Positions 9,061 to 18,312 are shown, numbered from the stretch's first letter. The stretch is DNA of 32,000 nt from Copranaerobaculum intestinale (GCF_009831105.1 NZ_WUUQ01000001.1:120001-152000), one strand, 5' to 3'. Numbers and translations are program-made. Notes: generated from the letters alone by a model not told the origin.

Positions 9061-9738
9061 ATGTATAAAATCATGATCATTGAGGATAACGAGAAGATCC
9101 GCAGTGAGCTTGGGGAATTTTTAAGCAAAAACGGCTATGAAGTATCAATGCCCGATGACTTTGGCAACATATTGTCTGTCATACATAAGGAAAAGCCGCA
9201 CCTGCTTTTGCTGGACCTGAATCTGCCGGTAATGGACGGTCATTATATCTGCCGTGAGGTGCGCCGGACCAGCACGGTTCCCATCATCATTGTAACCAGC
9301 CGCGATTCTGATGTAGACGAACTGCTTTCCTTGAATCTGGGAGCTGATGACTTCATTGCCAAGCCCTATAATTTACAGGTACTGCTGGCTCATTTATCAC
9401 GCGTTTTAAAACGTGTATATGAAAGCGGAGCATCGCATGTCCTGCATATCGGTGAGATTACACTGGATATTTCCAAAAGTGTTTTGACCTATCACGGGCA
9501 AAACGTTGATCTTACTAAGAACGAATTACGAATCATGCACTGTCTGTTTCAGCATAAGAACACCATCGTTTCAAGAGAAGCATTGATGCAGCACATGTGG
9601 GACTGTGATTTATTTGTCGATGATAACACCTTGACCGTAAACATTAATCGACTTAGAAAAAAACTGGAATATCTGCGAATTGACGACCTGATCCAGACAA
9701 AACGGGGTTTGGGTTATATTATTTATGAAGATTTCTAA
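9061..9738 (+). CDS. OmpR-family response regulator, BceR-like
   Basis: 225-aa ORF. Receiver domain (MIIEDN...LLLLDLNLPVMDG) plus winged-helix output (LTKNELRIMHCL...RGLGYII). Followed by an overlapping BceS-type kinase gene. Confidence 0.9.
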   Translation: MYKIMIIEDNEKIRSELGEFLSKNGYEVSMPDDFGNILSVIHKEKPHLLLLDLNLPVMDGHYICREVRRTSTVPIIIVTSRDSDVDELLSLNLGADDFIAKPYNLQVLLAHLSRVLKRVYESGASHVLHIGEITLDISKSVLTYHGQNVDLTKNELRIMHCLFQHKNTIVSREALMQHMWDCDLFVDDNTLTVNINRLRKKLEYLRIDDLIQTKRGLGYIIYEDF

Positions 9739-10732
9739 ATATATTAAGGAAAAGGGTTATCTGCTGATCCTTTCCATTCTGTTCAGTATCGTAGCTTTCC
9801 TATTTCTGTATGCGACGCAGGTACAGCAGCCGGTCATCGTAATGCTATTGATCTTATACTGGATGATTATCATTGCCTCGCTGATCATTGAATATGCACG
9901 CCGGGCACCGTTTTACCTTCAGCTTAGTGAAACTTTAAATGAGCTCGATCAGAAATATCTGATTACAGAAATGATCAATGAACCGGAATTTGCCGATGGA
10001 AGAGAGCTGTTCGACTGTTTGCAGGAAGTGAATAAGTCAATGATCGATCATGTGAACAGCTACAAGTACGCGCAGCAGGATTATAAGGAATACATCGAAA
10101 TGTGGGTGCATGAAATCAAAACACCACTGGCCGCTGCTCACTTGATCCTCACCAACAACCCTTCTCCAGCAAATGCGAGTCTGGAAGAAGAAATTGCCAA
10201 GGTTGAAGAATATGTAGAACAGGCGCTGTACTATGCCCGCAGCAATAATACTGAAAAAGATTATATGATCAAGCGGCTGGAGCTTCAGCCGGTTGTTTCC
10301 AAAGTCATCAAACGTCATTCCAAAAGCTTCATCTATAAGAAAATTAAAGTGGTTATGATCCAGCTGGATGTTATGGTATACAGCGACAGCAAGTGGCTGG
10401 AGTTTATCCTGCATCAAATTCTTGCCAATGCCTTGACCTATACGCCGAGTGAGGGGACTATCACACTGTCAACGGAAGTATTCCCGAATAAAATTATTCT
10501 GTCAGTTCAGGACAGCGGCTGCGGTATACGCAGTGAGGATTTGAGTCGGGTGTTTGAAAAAGGCTTTACCGGTCATAACGGCCGTACCAATCAGAAATCA
10601 ACCGGCATGGGATTGTATTTATGTAAAAAGCTCTGTGAAAAATTAAATCTTGATATAACGATTCAATCAGATAAACAAGGAACCTGTGTTAAAATTGTAT
10701 TCCCGATCAGTGATATGATGTTATTAAAGTAG
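9725..10732 (+). CDS. Intramembrane-sensing histidine kinase, BceS-like
   Basis: 335-aa ORF. Two N-terminal TM helices are separated by only ~6 residues (TQVQQP), so there is no extracellular sensor domain. H-box is MWVHEIKTPLAA. N/G boxes are LANALTYTP and QDSGCGI...GMGLYLC. Overlaps the regulator gene by 14 nt. Confidence 0.9.
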   Translation: MKISKYIKEKGYLLILSILFSIVAFLFLYATQVQQPVIVMLLILYWMIIIASLIIEYARRAPFYLQLSETLNELDQKYLITEMINEPEFADGRELFDCLQEVNKSMIDHVNSYKYAQQDYKEYIEMWVHEIKTPLAAAHLILTNNPSPANASLEEEIAKVEEYVEQALYYARSNNTEKDYMIKRLELQPVVSKVIKRHSKSFIYKKIKVVMIQLDVMVYSDSKWLEFILHQILANALTYTPSEGTITLSTEVFPNKIILSVQDSGCGIRSEDLSRVFEKGFTGHNGRTNQKSTGMGLYLCKKLCEKLNLDITIQSDKQGTCVKIVFPISDMMLLK

Positions 10733-10757
10733 CGATGTCAATAAGACATCGCTTTTA
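10731..10757 (+). terminator. Rho-independent terminator of the two-component operon
   Basis: AGCGATGTC-AATAA-GACATCGCT followed by TTTT. It overlaps the TAG stop. Confidence 0.8.
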
Positions 10758-10865
10758 TATCAGTACAGCAGTTATACTTTCATGAGTATGCTGAACAGCT
10801 TATACGTTATCCCATCCTCTTTCTAAATAAATCCATAAACTGAATAATAGAAAGGGGGTGATCAT

Positions 10866-11186
10866 ATGCAGGATTTTATTACGCTGCTGAATCAGTATGT
10901 CCGCAGTGAGCTGCTTGTGGTCGTGCCGGTGCTATATGTATTGGCTAAGATATTTGCCGCAAGCAAAGTGCCAAATCGTGAAATTCCGCTGATACTGCTG
11001 ATCATATCGGTGACGCTGGCTGGTATATATACATTTGCCGTAATGCCGGTTAACAGTTTGAAAACATTCTTGATGGCTGCTTTTTCAACCCTGATTCAAG
11101 GAATTCTTTTATCGGGCAGTGCGGTATTCAGCGGTATACTGGGCAATCTTATGAAAGCCAAAAAGGAAAGTGTGAAGAAGCCATAA
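10866..11186 (+). CDS. Holin-like small membrane protein (resembles the phage holin Hol44 / superfamily V type)
   Basis: 106-aa ORF with strong GGGGGTG RBS. It has 3 hydrophobic segments and a Lys-rich C-terminal tail (MKAKKESVKKP). The N-terminus, ELLVVVPVLYVLAKIF...IPLILLIISVTLAGIY, resembles clostridial holin-family proteins as I recall them. Confidence 0.55.
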   Translation: MQDFITLLNQYVRSELLVVVPVLYVLAKIFAASKVPNREIPLILLIISVTLAGIYTFAVMPVNSLKTFLMAAFSTLIQGILLSGSAVFSGILGNLMKAKKESVKKP

Positions 11187-11187
11187 C

Positions 11188-11222
11188 AAAAAAAGTGAAG
11201 CGGATTGATCGCTTCACTTTTC
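11188..11222. terminator. Bidirectional terminator shared by the holin-like gene (+) and aguA (-)
   Basis: AAAAAAAGTGAAGCG-GATTGAT-CGCTTCACTTTT: a 9-12 bp stem flanked by A-run and T-run. Confidence 0.8.
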
Positions 11223-12319
11223 TAGTCCTTGCTTTTCAGCAGCTGCTGGGTTATGCAGTGGATATTCCCTCCACCCAATAAAATTTCACGGGCATAAACC
11301 CCAACGACCTTGCGATCCGGAAAGGCTGATTCCAAAACTTTTTGAGCTTCCTGATCCATCGGGTCATCAAAGGTTGGGTAGACAATACCGCCATTGGCAA
11401 TATAAAAGTTCGCATAGGAAGCCGCCAAACGATCACCGGCCAAGCGCGGCAGAGTACCTTCACTGGCATCAACCCCAATACTTTCTTCTTCCCGAATGGT
11501 AATCGGCTTTGGCACATGGATTTTATGTATCTTTAGTCTGCGGCCCTTGGCATCCGTTTCCTTTGTCAGCAGATCATAGGCCGCTTTGCTGATTGCATAC
11601 TGCGGATCAGCCTCATCATCACACCATGCAAGCATGACTTCTCCCGGCTTTACATAGCAGCATATATTATCCACATGCCCATTGGTTTCATCCAAATAGA
11701 TACCGTCCTTGATCCAGATGACTTTTTCGATATTCAGATATTCTTTTAATACCGCTTCAATTTCCATCTTCGATAAATGCGGATTACGGCCTTTGCTTAA
11801 AAGACATTCTTCGGTAACAATGACCGTTCCTTCTCCGTCTACGTGAATTGATCCTCCTTCTAAAACAAAATTATTTAAGCGGTAGCGATCTTTTCCGGCA
11901 AACTCACAAACTTTCTGTGCCATCGCATCATCCTTATCCCAAGGAAAATACAAGCCGTCTACCAAACCGCCCCAGGCATTGAACCGCCAGTCGATGCCCC
12001 GTACCGTGTTTCCGTTTGTCACAAAGGAAGGACCGATATCGCGCATCCACGCATCATTGCTGGAAGCCTCCAACACCCGAATGGATTCCGGCAGTAAATA
12101 ACGGGCATGCTGGTATTGATCGGAATTCACCAGCATCGTTACCGGTTCAAACTGAGAAATTGCCTTTGCCACTTCCACAAATGCCCGCTGTGCCGGCTTT
12201 CCTCCGTTACGCCAGTTATCAGGGCGCTGCGGCCAAACCATAAAGCATCCCTCATGCTCATAAAATTCACCCGGCATATAAAAGCCGTCTTGTCTTGGAG
12301 TTGTTGTCAAAGTTTTCAT
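11222..12319 (-). CDS. aguA: Agmatine deiminase (PAD_porph family)
   Basis: 365-aa [33 protein letters not shown], and C-terminal [11 protein letters not shown] with the catalytic Cys are typical of agmatine deiminase. Confidence 0.85.
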   Translation of the reverse strand: MKTLTTTPRQDGFYMPGEFYEHEGCFMVWPQRPDNWRNGGKPAQRAFVEVAKAISQFEPVTMLVNSDQYQHARYLLPESIRVLEASSNDAWMRDIGPSFVTNGNTVRGIDWRFNAWGGLVDGLYFPWDKDDAMAQKVCEFAGKDRYRLNNFVLEGGSIHVDGEGTVIVTEECLLSKGRNPHLSKMEIEAVLKEYLNIEKVIWIKDGIYLDETNGHVDNICCYVKPGEVMLAWCDDEADPQYAISKAAYDLLTKETDAKGRRLKIHKIHVPKPITIREEESIGVDASEGTLPRLAGDRLAASYANFYIANGGIVYPTFDDPMDQEAQKVLESAFPDRKVVGVYAREILLGGGNIHCITQQLLKSKD

Positions 12320-12443
12320 AAGATCCGTCCTTTCGTCATAATTGTTTCCATAATATCAAATTCCGATACCAAAGACAATTAAATCTGTACGGAACGTAGT
12401 CCTGTTTGGTTAGATTGGTTATAATACAAGATAGAAAGTCTTA

Positions 12444-12472
12444 ACTTACAAAAATGTAAGTCATCTGTAAGT
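12444..12472 (+). promoter_or_regulatory. Candidate BceR-type operator: a perfect 7-4-7 inverted repeat plus an extra direct half-site, upstream of the ABC-transporter operon
   Basis: ACTTACA-AAAA-TGTAAGT lies at 12444-12461. A third TGTAAGT lies at 12466-12472, 11 nt (one helical turn) after the second. A -10-like TACAAT at 12504-12509 has only a weak -35 (TGGCTG, 17-nt spacer), as expected for an activator-dependent promoter. Confidence 0.6.
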
Positions 12473-12535
12473 TGATTCGATGGCTGAAAAACTTCCTCCG
12501 CTTTACAATATGGGTGTAACATGGAGGTGAAGGTT

Positions 12536-12766
12536 ATGAGTAAAAAAGGTTTACTGTATACCCTGATCATTGTTCTGGGTGTCATTCAGTGTCTGAACAT
12601 TTTCCACATCAGCGTGCTTCCCGAATGGATGCATATGCTGTCCTTGGTGCTGCTGATACTGACACTTATTATACTCAAACTGGATCAAATGGATCAGCAT
12701 TTAAAAACAAGATCAAATATTAAGGAGGATCATTATGAATACCATTTTAGATGTAAAAGCAATTGA
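12536..12766 (+). CDS. Possible small 2-TM membrane protein (76 aa) encoded in the leader of the Bce-type transporter operon
   Basis: An ATG at 12536 lies 6 nt after GGAGGTG (the track ORF begins 15 nt earlier at 12521). The product is MSKKGLLYTLIIVLGVIQCLNIFHISVLPEWMHMLSLVLLILTLIILKL... with two clear hydrophobic helices. Its 3' end overlaps the ATPase gene by 32 nt in another frame. It could instead be a chance ORF in a T-rich leader. Confidence 0.4.
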   Translation: MSKKGLLYTLIIVLGVIQCLNIFHISVLPEWMHMLSLVLLILTLIILKLDQMDQHLKTRSNIKEDHYEYHFRCKSN

Positions 12767-13502
12767 AAAATATTACGGCAGTAAAGGGAATATCACCAAA
12801 GCAGTTGACAATATCAGCTTCCAGGTAAATGAAGGTGAATTTGTCGGTGTCATGGGTCCCAGCGGTTCCGGTAAAACGACTCTGCTGAATGTCATTTCTA
12901 CCATCGACCATGTCACCAGCGGTCATATTCTGATCAACGGCCGTGACATTACCACCTTGAAGAAGAATTCACTGTCACGTTTTCGCCGTGAAGAGCTGGG
13001 CTTCATTTTTCAGGATTTCAATCTGCTGGATACCCTAACCGCTTACGAGAATATCGCGTTGGCGCTGACCATTCAAAAAGTAAAGCCAAACGAAATTGAT
13101 AAACGCATCAAAGCGGTTGCGGCGAAATTAGAGATCAATGATGTGCTTCAGAAATATCCATACCAGATGTCAGGCGGTCAGAAACAGCGCGTTGCCAGCG
13201 CTCGTGCGCTGATTACCAACCCATCGCTGATCTTAGCTGATGAACCAACCGGTGCTTTGGATTCCAAAAGCAGCCGGATGCTGTTGGAATCCATGGAAAA
13301 ACTGAACACCGAAATGAATGCTACGATCATGATGGTTACTCATGATGCATTCACAGCCTCTTATGCCCATCGTATCTTATTCATTAAAGACGGTAAAATC
13401 TTCAATGAAATTGTCCGCGGCAACAGCTCCCGCAAGGAATTTTTCAACAAGATCATTGAGGTTGTGACACTGCTTGGAGGTGACACCTCTCATGTACTTT
13501 AA
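12735..13502 (+). CDS. ABC transporter ATP-binding protein, BceA/MacB-type
   Basis: 255-aa ORF. Walker A GPSGSGKTT, signature MSGGQKQR, Walker B LILADEPTGALD. AAGGAGG RBS. Confidence 0.92.
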   Translation: MNTILDVKAIEKYYGSKGNITKAVDNISFQVNEGEFVGVMGPSGSGKTTLLNVISTIDHVTSGHILINGRDITTLKKNSLSRFRREELGFIFQDFNLLDTLTAYENIALALTIQKVKPNEIDKRIKAVAAKLEINDVLQKYPYQMSGGQKQRVASARALITNPSLILADEPTGALDSKSSRMLLESMEKLNTEMNATIMMVTHDAFTASYAHRILFIKDGKIFNEIVRGNSSRKEFFNKIIEVVTLLGGDTSHVL

Positions 13503-15504
13503 ATTAGCCTTAAAGAATGTTAAGAAAAGCTATAAGGATTTTTTAATTTATTTCCTTACCCTGGCCTTTTCAGTATGCCTGTTTTATACCTTTAACTCCT
13601 TTCAGGCTCAGCAGGCAGTGCTGAACCTGAATAAAGCGCAGTCTCAAATCGTGGATTCTATATCAGTCATCATGGGTCTGCTATCTAACTTTGTATCAGT
13701 CGTTTTGGCATTTTTGATTTTATATGCCAACAGCTTTCTGATCAAGCGCCGTAAACGCGAATTTGGTTTATATATGCTGTTGGGTATGCCAAAACAGCAG
13801 ATTTCCAAAGTATTGGTTTACGAAACTCTGCTGATTGGATTGATCTCACTGATTGCCGGTATTGCCTTAGGACTTCTGATTTCCCAACTGCTAACGGTAT
13901 TAACTGCATCCATGTTTACCGTTACCTTAAATTATCACTTTGTATTCTCATTTGATTCTACATTCATAACCATATTTGCCTTTGCGGTCATCTTCTTTAT
14001 CGTGATGATCTTCAATGCCTTTATCATTAACCGCTATAAATTAATTGATTTGATTACGGCCGGTCACCGCAACGAAAAGCCAAGAGTCCGTAACCTTTGG
14101 CTTTCGGTACTGATCTTCTTAGTTTCCCTCGCCCTGCTTGGCTATGCTTACTACACAGCTATTGATAAAGGCATGATGTTTGTTGAAACCCTGACTCCGA
14201 TCATTCTTGCCGGAAGCATCGGAACCGTGCTGTTCTTCTTATCACTGTCCGGATTTCTTCTAAAGTTTATTCAGACCAGCAAACGTCTGTATTACCGCAA
14301 GCTGAATATGTTTGTGCTGCGGCAGATCAATTCAAAAATCAACAGTAACTTCCTGTCAATGAGCGTCGTTTGTATCATGCTGCTGCTCAGCATCGGTGCC
14401 TTATCCACCGGCATCACCCTGCGCAACACGATCAATGACAGCACCGAGGTCACCATTCCGTTCAACTATACCGGTGTGTCAAATCATCATGAAATCATAA
14501 CTGAACTGGTTCAGTACGCCAAGGATGACAGCCGTATAAAAAACCAAATGGTGATCAACAGCTATCAGGATAAGGATTTAACCGCTGATCTCCTCGTTCC
14601 CTATTCAAAACCGATGCGTAAACTAGATCCCAAAAATATAAAGAATACACCGCTTGATATATATAAATTATCTGAATTTAACCGAAAACGGGAATTAACC
14701 GGAAAACCAAAGCTAAGCTTAAAAGCGAATGAAGCATATATGTTTACTTCACTAGACAGCTTAACGGAATATGTAGACCCGATTTTAGGTAAAAATGCCG
14801 TTTTAAAACTCTATGGAAAAGAAATTACCGTTACGAACAAAGCCTATGAGCTGGAACAGTTAGGTACTGCACAAGCCGGTTATAATGTTACTTCAGCCTC
14901 CATCGGGCTGGTAGTCGATGATGCCTATATTCCAAACAACGCCTTACCGGCAAGCAGCATCTGGAACGTCAACTTAAATAAAGGCGTCAGTGAAAAGAAG
15001 TTTCAAAGTGAAATGTCAGATAAAATGTTCGAGCTGCAGGGACAAAAAGCTTATATGGGGCATAGCTACTTAGCCAATGAAACCCGCTCCGGAGTTTTAG
15101 AAAATGCCGTTGGAACATCCGTCATGTTTACGTATGTCGGCTTGTATCTGGGAATTGTATTCCTAGTTGCCAGTGCTGTAATTCTTGCTCTTCAGCAGTT
15201 GTCAGAAGCAGAGGACAGCCATCACCGTTATCAGATTTTAAAGAAGATCGGTGCTGAGAAGCGCATGCTGAATCAGTCTGTATTGATGCAGATCGGTATC
15301 TACTTCATCATGCCGCTGGGACTTGCGATCGTACATTCCTTTATCGGCATCAAGGTCGTGAACAGTGTTTTGATCCTTTTCGGTAAGCTGGATATCATGT
15401 CCTCCTCACTGTTTACCGCTTTGCTGATCCTTATCTTCTACGGTTCCTATTTTCTTCTTACCTACTTTGGATACAATCGCATACTGCAACAGGAAAAAGC
15501 ATGA
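13492..15504 (+). CDS. BceB-like ABC permease 1 (FtsX-domain, 10-TM type with a large extracellular domain)
   Basis: The track ORF is 13474-15504. I prefer the ATG at 13492 (MYFKLALKNVKKSYKDFLIYFLTL...), which lies 9 nt after GGAGGTG. About 670 aa, with two FtsX-like TM bundles flanking a ~220-aa hydrophilic domain, as in BceB/VraG. Confidence 0.88.
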   Translation: MYFKLALKNVKKSYKDFLIYFLTLAFSVCLFYTFNSFQAQQAVLNLNKAQSQIVDSISVIMGLLSNFVSVVLAFLILYANSFLIKRRKREFGLYMLLGMPKQQISKVLVYETLLIGLISLIAGIALGLLISQLLTVLTASMFTVTLNYHFVFSFDSTFITIFAFAVIFFIVMIFNAFIINRYKLIDLITAGHRNEKPRVRNLWLSVLIFLVSLALLGYAYYTAIDKGMMFVETLTPIILAGSIGTVLFFLSLSGFLLKFIQTSKRLYYRKLNMFVLRQINSKINSNFLSMSVVCIMLLLSIGALSTGITLRNTINDSTEVTIPFNYTGVSNHHEIITELVQYAKDDSRIKNQMVINSYQDKDLTADLLVPYSKPMRKLDPKNIKNTPLDIYKLSEFNRKRELTGKPKLSLKANEAYMFTSLDSLTEYVDPILGKNAVLKLYGKEITVTNKAYELEQLGTAQAGYNVTSASIGLVVDDAYIPNNALPASSIWNVNLNKGVSEKKFQSEMSDKMFELQGQKAYMGHSYLANETRSGVLENAVGTSVMFTYVGLYLGIVFLVASAVILALQQLSEAEDSHHRYQILKKIGAEKRMLNQSVLMQIGIYFIMPLGLAIVHSFIGIKVVNSVLILFGKLDIMSSSLFTALLILIFYGSYFLLTYFGYNRILQQEKA

Positions 15505-15516
15505 TTTCATGCTTTT
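15495..15516 (+). terminator. Terminator-like hairpin between the two permease genes (possible partial terminator or processing site)
   Basis: AAAGCATG-ATTT-CATGCTTT followed by TTCTG. It overlaps the TGA of permease 1. The T-run is short, so readthrough is likely. Confidence 0.45.
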
Positions 15517-15541
15517 TCTGCCGTGAAGGGAGAGACCTTTT

Positions 15542-17584
15542 ATGCTATGGAAATTAGCATTCAGAAATGTAAAAAAGAGTTATCGTGACTATTTGATTTA
15601 TTTTCTCACATTGAGCTTCTCGGTGTGTCTGTTCTATACTTTTAACTCCTTTGAATCGCAAAAGGCAGTCATGGTCATAACAAAAACACAATCCGAGATC
15701 ATGCGCTCAACCGGGGATATCATGCATTATCTGTCCATTCTGGTAGCAGTGATTCTCGGGTTTCTGATCCTGTATGCCAGCCATTACCTGATCCGCCGGC
15801 GCAAACGGGAACTCGCTGTCTATATGATTTTGGGCATGGATGCCAAAAAGACAGCTCGCCTGTTTACTCTGGAAACGATTATCATCGGTGTGTTATCCCT
15901 GGTGATCGGCTTGATTTTAGGAATCTTTCTCTCGCAGATCATGAGTTTGATAACCGCTCAGATGTTTTTGGCGGAGGTAACGCAGTATCGGGTATTCTTC
16001 TCTCCGGAAGCGTTCCTTCTTACGATAGCCGCATTCTGTTTGATATTCTTGATTATGATCTGTTTCTATCAGATCGTTTTACGCCGGTATAATCTGCGTT
16101 CACTTTTACAGGCCGAAGCTCAAAATGAAAAAATCATGATCCGAAGCATCCCGGTAAGTATCTTTTTATTGATCGTATCCGTGCTCCTGCTCGCATATGC
16201 TTATCACACTCTGCTGCGTGATGGTTTCCTCTATGCGGCACTTGATCCCATCATGCTGTTATGCGGTACGATCGGCACTTTTCTGTTCTTTTTCTCCTTA
16301 TCCGGCTTTTTCTTGAAACTGGTACAAAGCTGTCCTAGCCTCTATCTGCGCAATTTGAATGCATTTACAATGCGCCAGCTTAACGCCTCCATCAATTCCT
16401 CCTTTGTTTCTATTTCCATTATCTGTTTGATGCTTCTGTTAAGCATCGGGGCAATCGCATCGGGGATTTCTATTACCCAAACGATTAATCAGGATATGAA
16501 AGTTTACACGCCGGTTGACGGCACCATTCAATTTTATGATTATCGCAGTAATGAAATGAATTTGGATGCCTATCTAAAACAGCAGGGTATTCAGTCTGAC
16601 CGCTATTTTTCAGATGTCCAGCCGATTCGTTCAATCGCCTCTAACGATATGAAGCTGACCGATCTTTGGCAGTATATGGATCAGGATGTCATCGACAGCA
16701 AGCTGGAACACATCGGAGCGATTTCCGTATGGTTTATACCATTATCACAATATCAGGCATTCCAGCGCCAGACCCATCAAAAACCGCTGAAACTGAATCA
16801 TGATGAAGTATATCTCGGGGCTTCGGATGAATCTATCACCGATGCCCTCAGCACTATTTCCCACAATACGAATTCTATCCCGTTCCACGATCAAACGCTC
16901 AAGCTGAAAACCAAAAAAGCCGGATTCTTTGTACCGTATAATTCTGCTGATACCGAATACAGCGTTTATATGATCGTGAACGATGATTGGCTGAAAGAAC
17001 AGGAAAGCCGTGATTTAGAATTCTCCTATTCTTTTCATTACTATAATGTTACATTTAAAAAGAACGTGAATGTAAAACCGCTGCGCGATTTAGAGAATCG
17101 CACATTTGAAACTTTGAACGAGGTATCAAAAGAGAATCGTATCCAATTCACCATGACAGAAAAGGACGATGTCTATCAAACAAAATCGCAAATGTCCGTA
17201 ACCTTCAGTTATGTAGGAATGTATCTGGGAATCGTCTTTCTTTTATCCAGTACCGTGCTGCTGGCTCTGCATCAGCTTACCCTGGCTGAAGATAACCGTC
17301 AGCGTTATATGATTTTAAGGAAACTCGGCACAGAAGATAAGATGATCAATCACAGCGTCTGTTTGCAAATTGCGGTTTATTTTCTGCTTCCGCTCGCTCT
17401 GGCCATCGTTCATTCCTACGTCGGCATCAAGGCAGTCAGTGAAGTGATCTCGCTGCTGGGGAAAGGTGATATATTCCAGTCCTCACTGATTACCGCAGGT
17501 ATCATTGCGATTATCTATATCTCTTATTTCTATGCAGCATATCAAAGCTACCGATATATATTAAAAAACCGAAGTATCCAATAA
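15542..17584 (+). CDS. BceB-like ABC permease 2 (paralog of permease 1)
   Basis: 680-aa ORF. The N-terminus LWKLAFRNVKKSYRDYLIYFLTLSFSVCLFYTFNSF is nearly identical to permease 1. The TM regions are conserved, while the central hydrophilic domain is strongly diverged. Confidence 0.88.
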   Translation: MLWKLAFRNVKKSYRDYLIYFLTLSFSVCLFYTFNSFESQKAVMVITKTQSEIMRSTGDIMHYLSILVAVILGFLILYASHYLIRRRKRELAVYMILGMDAKKTARLFTLETIIIGVLSLVIGLILGIFLSQIMSLITAQMFLAEVTQYRVFFSPEAFLLTIAAFCLIFLIMICFYQIVLRRYNLRSLLQAEAQNEKIMIRSIPVSIFLLIVSVLLLAYAYHTLLRDGFLYAALDPIMLLCGTIGTFLFFFSLSGFFLKLVQSCPSLYLRNLNAFTMRQLNASINSSFVSISIICLMLLLSIGAIASGISITQTINQDMKVYTPVDGTIQFYDYRSNEMNLDAYLKQQGIQSDRYFSDVQPIRSIASNDMKLTDLWQYMDQDVIDSKLEHIGAISVWFIPLSQYQAFQRQTHQKPLKLNHDEVYLGASDESITDALSTISHNTNSIPFHDQTLKLKTKKAGFFVPYNSADTEYSVYMIVNDDWLKEQESRDLEFSYSFHYYNVTFKKNVNVKPLRDLENRTFETLNEVSKENRIQFTMTEKDDVYQTKSQMSVTFSYVGMYLGIVFLLSSTVLLALHQLTLAEDNRQRYMILRKLGTEDKMINHSVCLQIAVYFLLPLALAIVHSYVGIKAVSEVISLLGKGDIFQSSLITAGIIAIIYISYFYAAYQSYRYILKNRSIQ

Positions 17585-17588
17585 GAAT

Positions 17589-17615
17589 TGCGGGTGATTT
17601 AGCATCCGCATTTTT
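17589..17615 (+). terminator. Weak candidate terminator after permease 2
   Basis: TGCGG-(12 nt)-CCGCA followed by TTTTT. The stem is only 5 bp. Confidence 0.35.
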
Positions 17616-17796
17616 CATATGTGAATGTGAATAATTGTACGATACAAAGGCTGTCAGGAATCGCTCAATGCCAAATCCGTTCAGGCTAACCATAAGCGGA
17701 TTCTTTGATGAGTAATGATCGTGAACGAAAATCTTCGATAAAAATGGCTGCCCGCGCTTTGCTGGGTGTATACTGAAGCTATTAAGGAGGCATCTT

Positions 17797-18231
17797 ATGA
17801 AAATTTTGATCCGCGAAATGAAAGCATGTGATTATTCAGCAATCAGTCAATTGATTATGAATGAGCTTGGTTATAAAGAAAATAGCGAAGCAAAGATTTA
17901 TGCTAGACTGGAAAAGATTCAACATCATGATACATGTCATACACTGGTTGCGGAGGTTCAGAAAAAAACTGTCGGCTTTGTCGGTCTTAGCGAGGAAATC
18001 GCATACGAGCTTGAGGGTAACTATCTGCGTGTAACCGCACTCGCAGTTCAGCATGCTTATCAGGGGAAAGGAATCGGCACAAAGCTGTTGGAGGCCGTAG
18101 AAGCATATACGCGAAAAAGCGGCATAGCATCAATATCTTTGAACAGCGGTTTGCAGCGAAAAGAAGCTCATCGGTTCTATGAGCAATTCGGCTTCCGTAA
18201 AAAGGGATATTCCTTTTATAAGGACTGCTAG
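17797..18231 (+). CDS. GNAT-family N-acetyltransferase
   Basis: 144-aa ORF. The acetyl-CoA motif A region is VQHAYQGKGIGTKLLE, and the C-terminus has FYEQFGF. AAGGAGG RBS. Confidence 0.85.
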   Translation: MKILIREMKACDYSAISQLIMNELGYKENSEAKIYARLEKIQHHDTCHTLVAEVQKKTVGFVGLSEEIAYELEGNYLRVTALAVQHAYQGKGIGTKLLEAVEAYTRKSGIASISLNSGLQRKEAHRFYEQFGFRKKGYSFYKDC

Positions 18232-18284
18232 TTATTAGAATCATGGTATATTTTAAAACAAGCGATAGAATTCTTCTAAAAATA

Positions 18285-18312
18285 TGTCACAATGATGAAA
18301 ACCAGCCGTCTA
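18285..18312 (+). promoter_or_regulatory. Possible ECF-type (autoregulatory) promoter upstream of the sigma gene
   Basis: TGTCAC-N16-CGTCTA, 22 nt upstream of the ATG. It resembles Bacillus ECF promoters (TGxAAC-N16/17-CGTC), but the usually conserved AAC is CAC here. Confidence 0.3.

Noticed and set aside
15493-15504. An identical 12-mer, GAAAAAGCATGA, closes two unrelated genes (permease 1 at 15493-15504 and the aminotransferase at 26138-26149). Both form the 5' arm of a hairpin with a downstream CATGCTTTTT.
   Set aside because: Both simply encode -EKA-stop, and dozens of chance 12-mer repeats are expected in 32 kb. I see no extended similarity beyond the hairpin arms, so this is probably coincidence or convergent terminator design.
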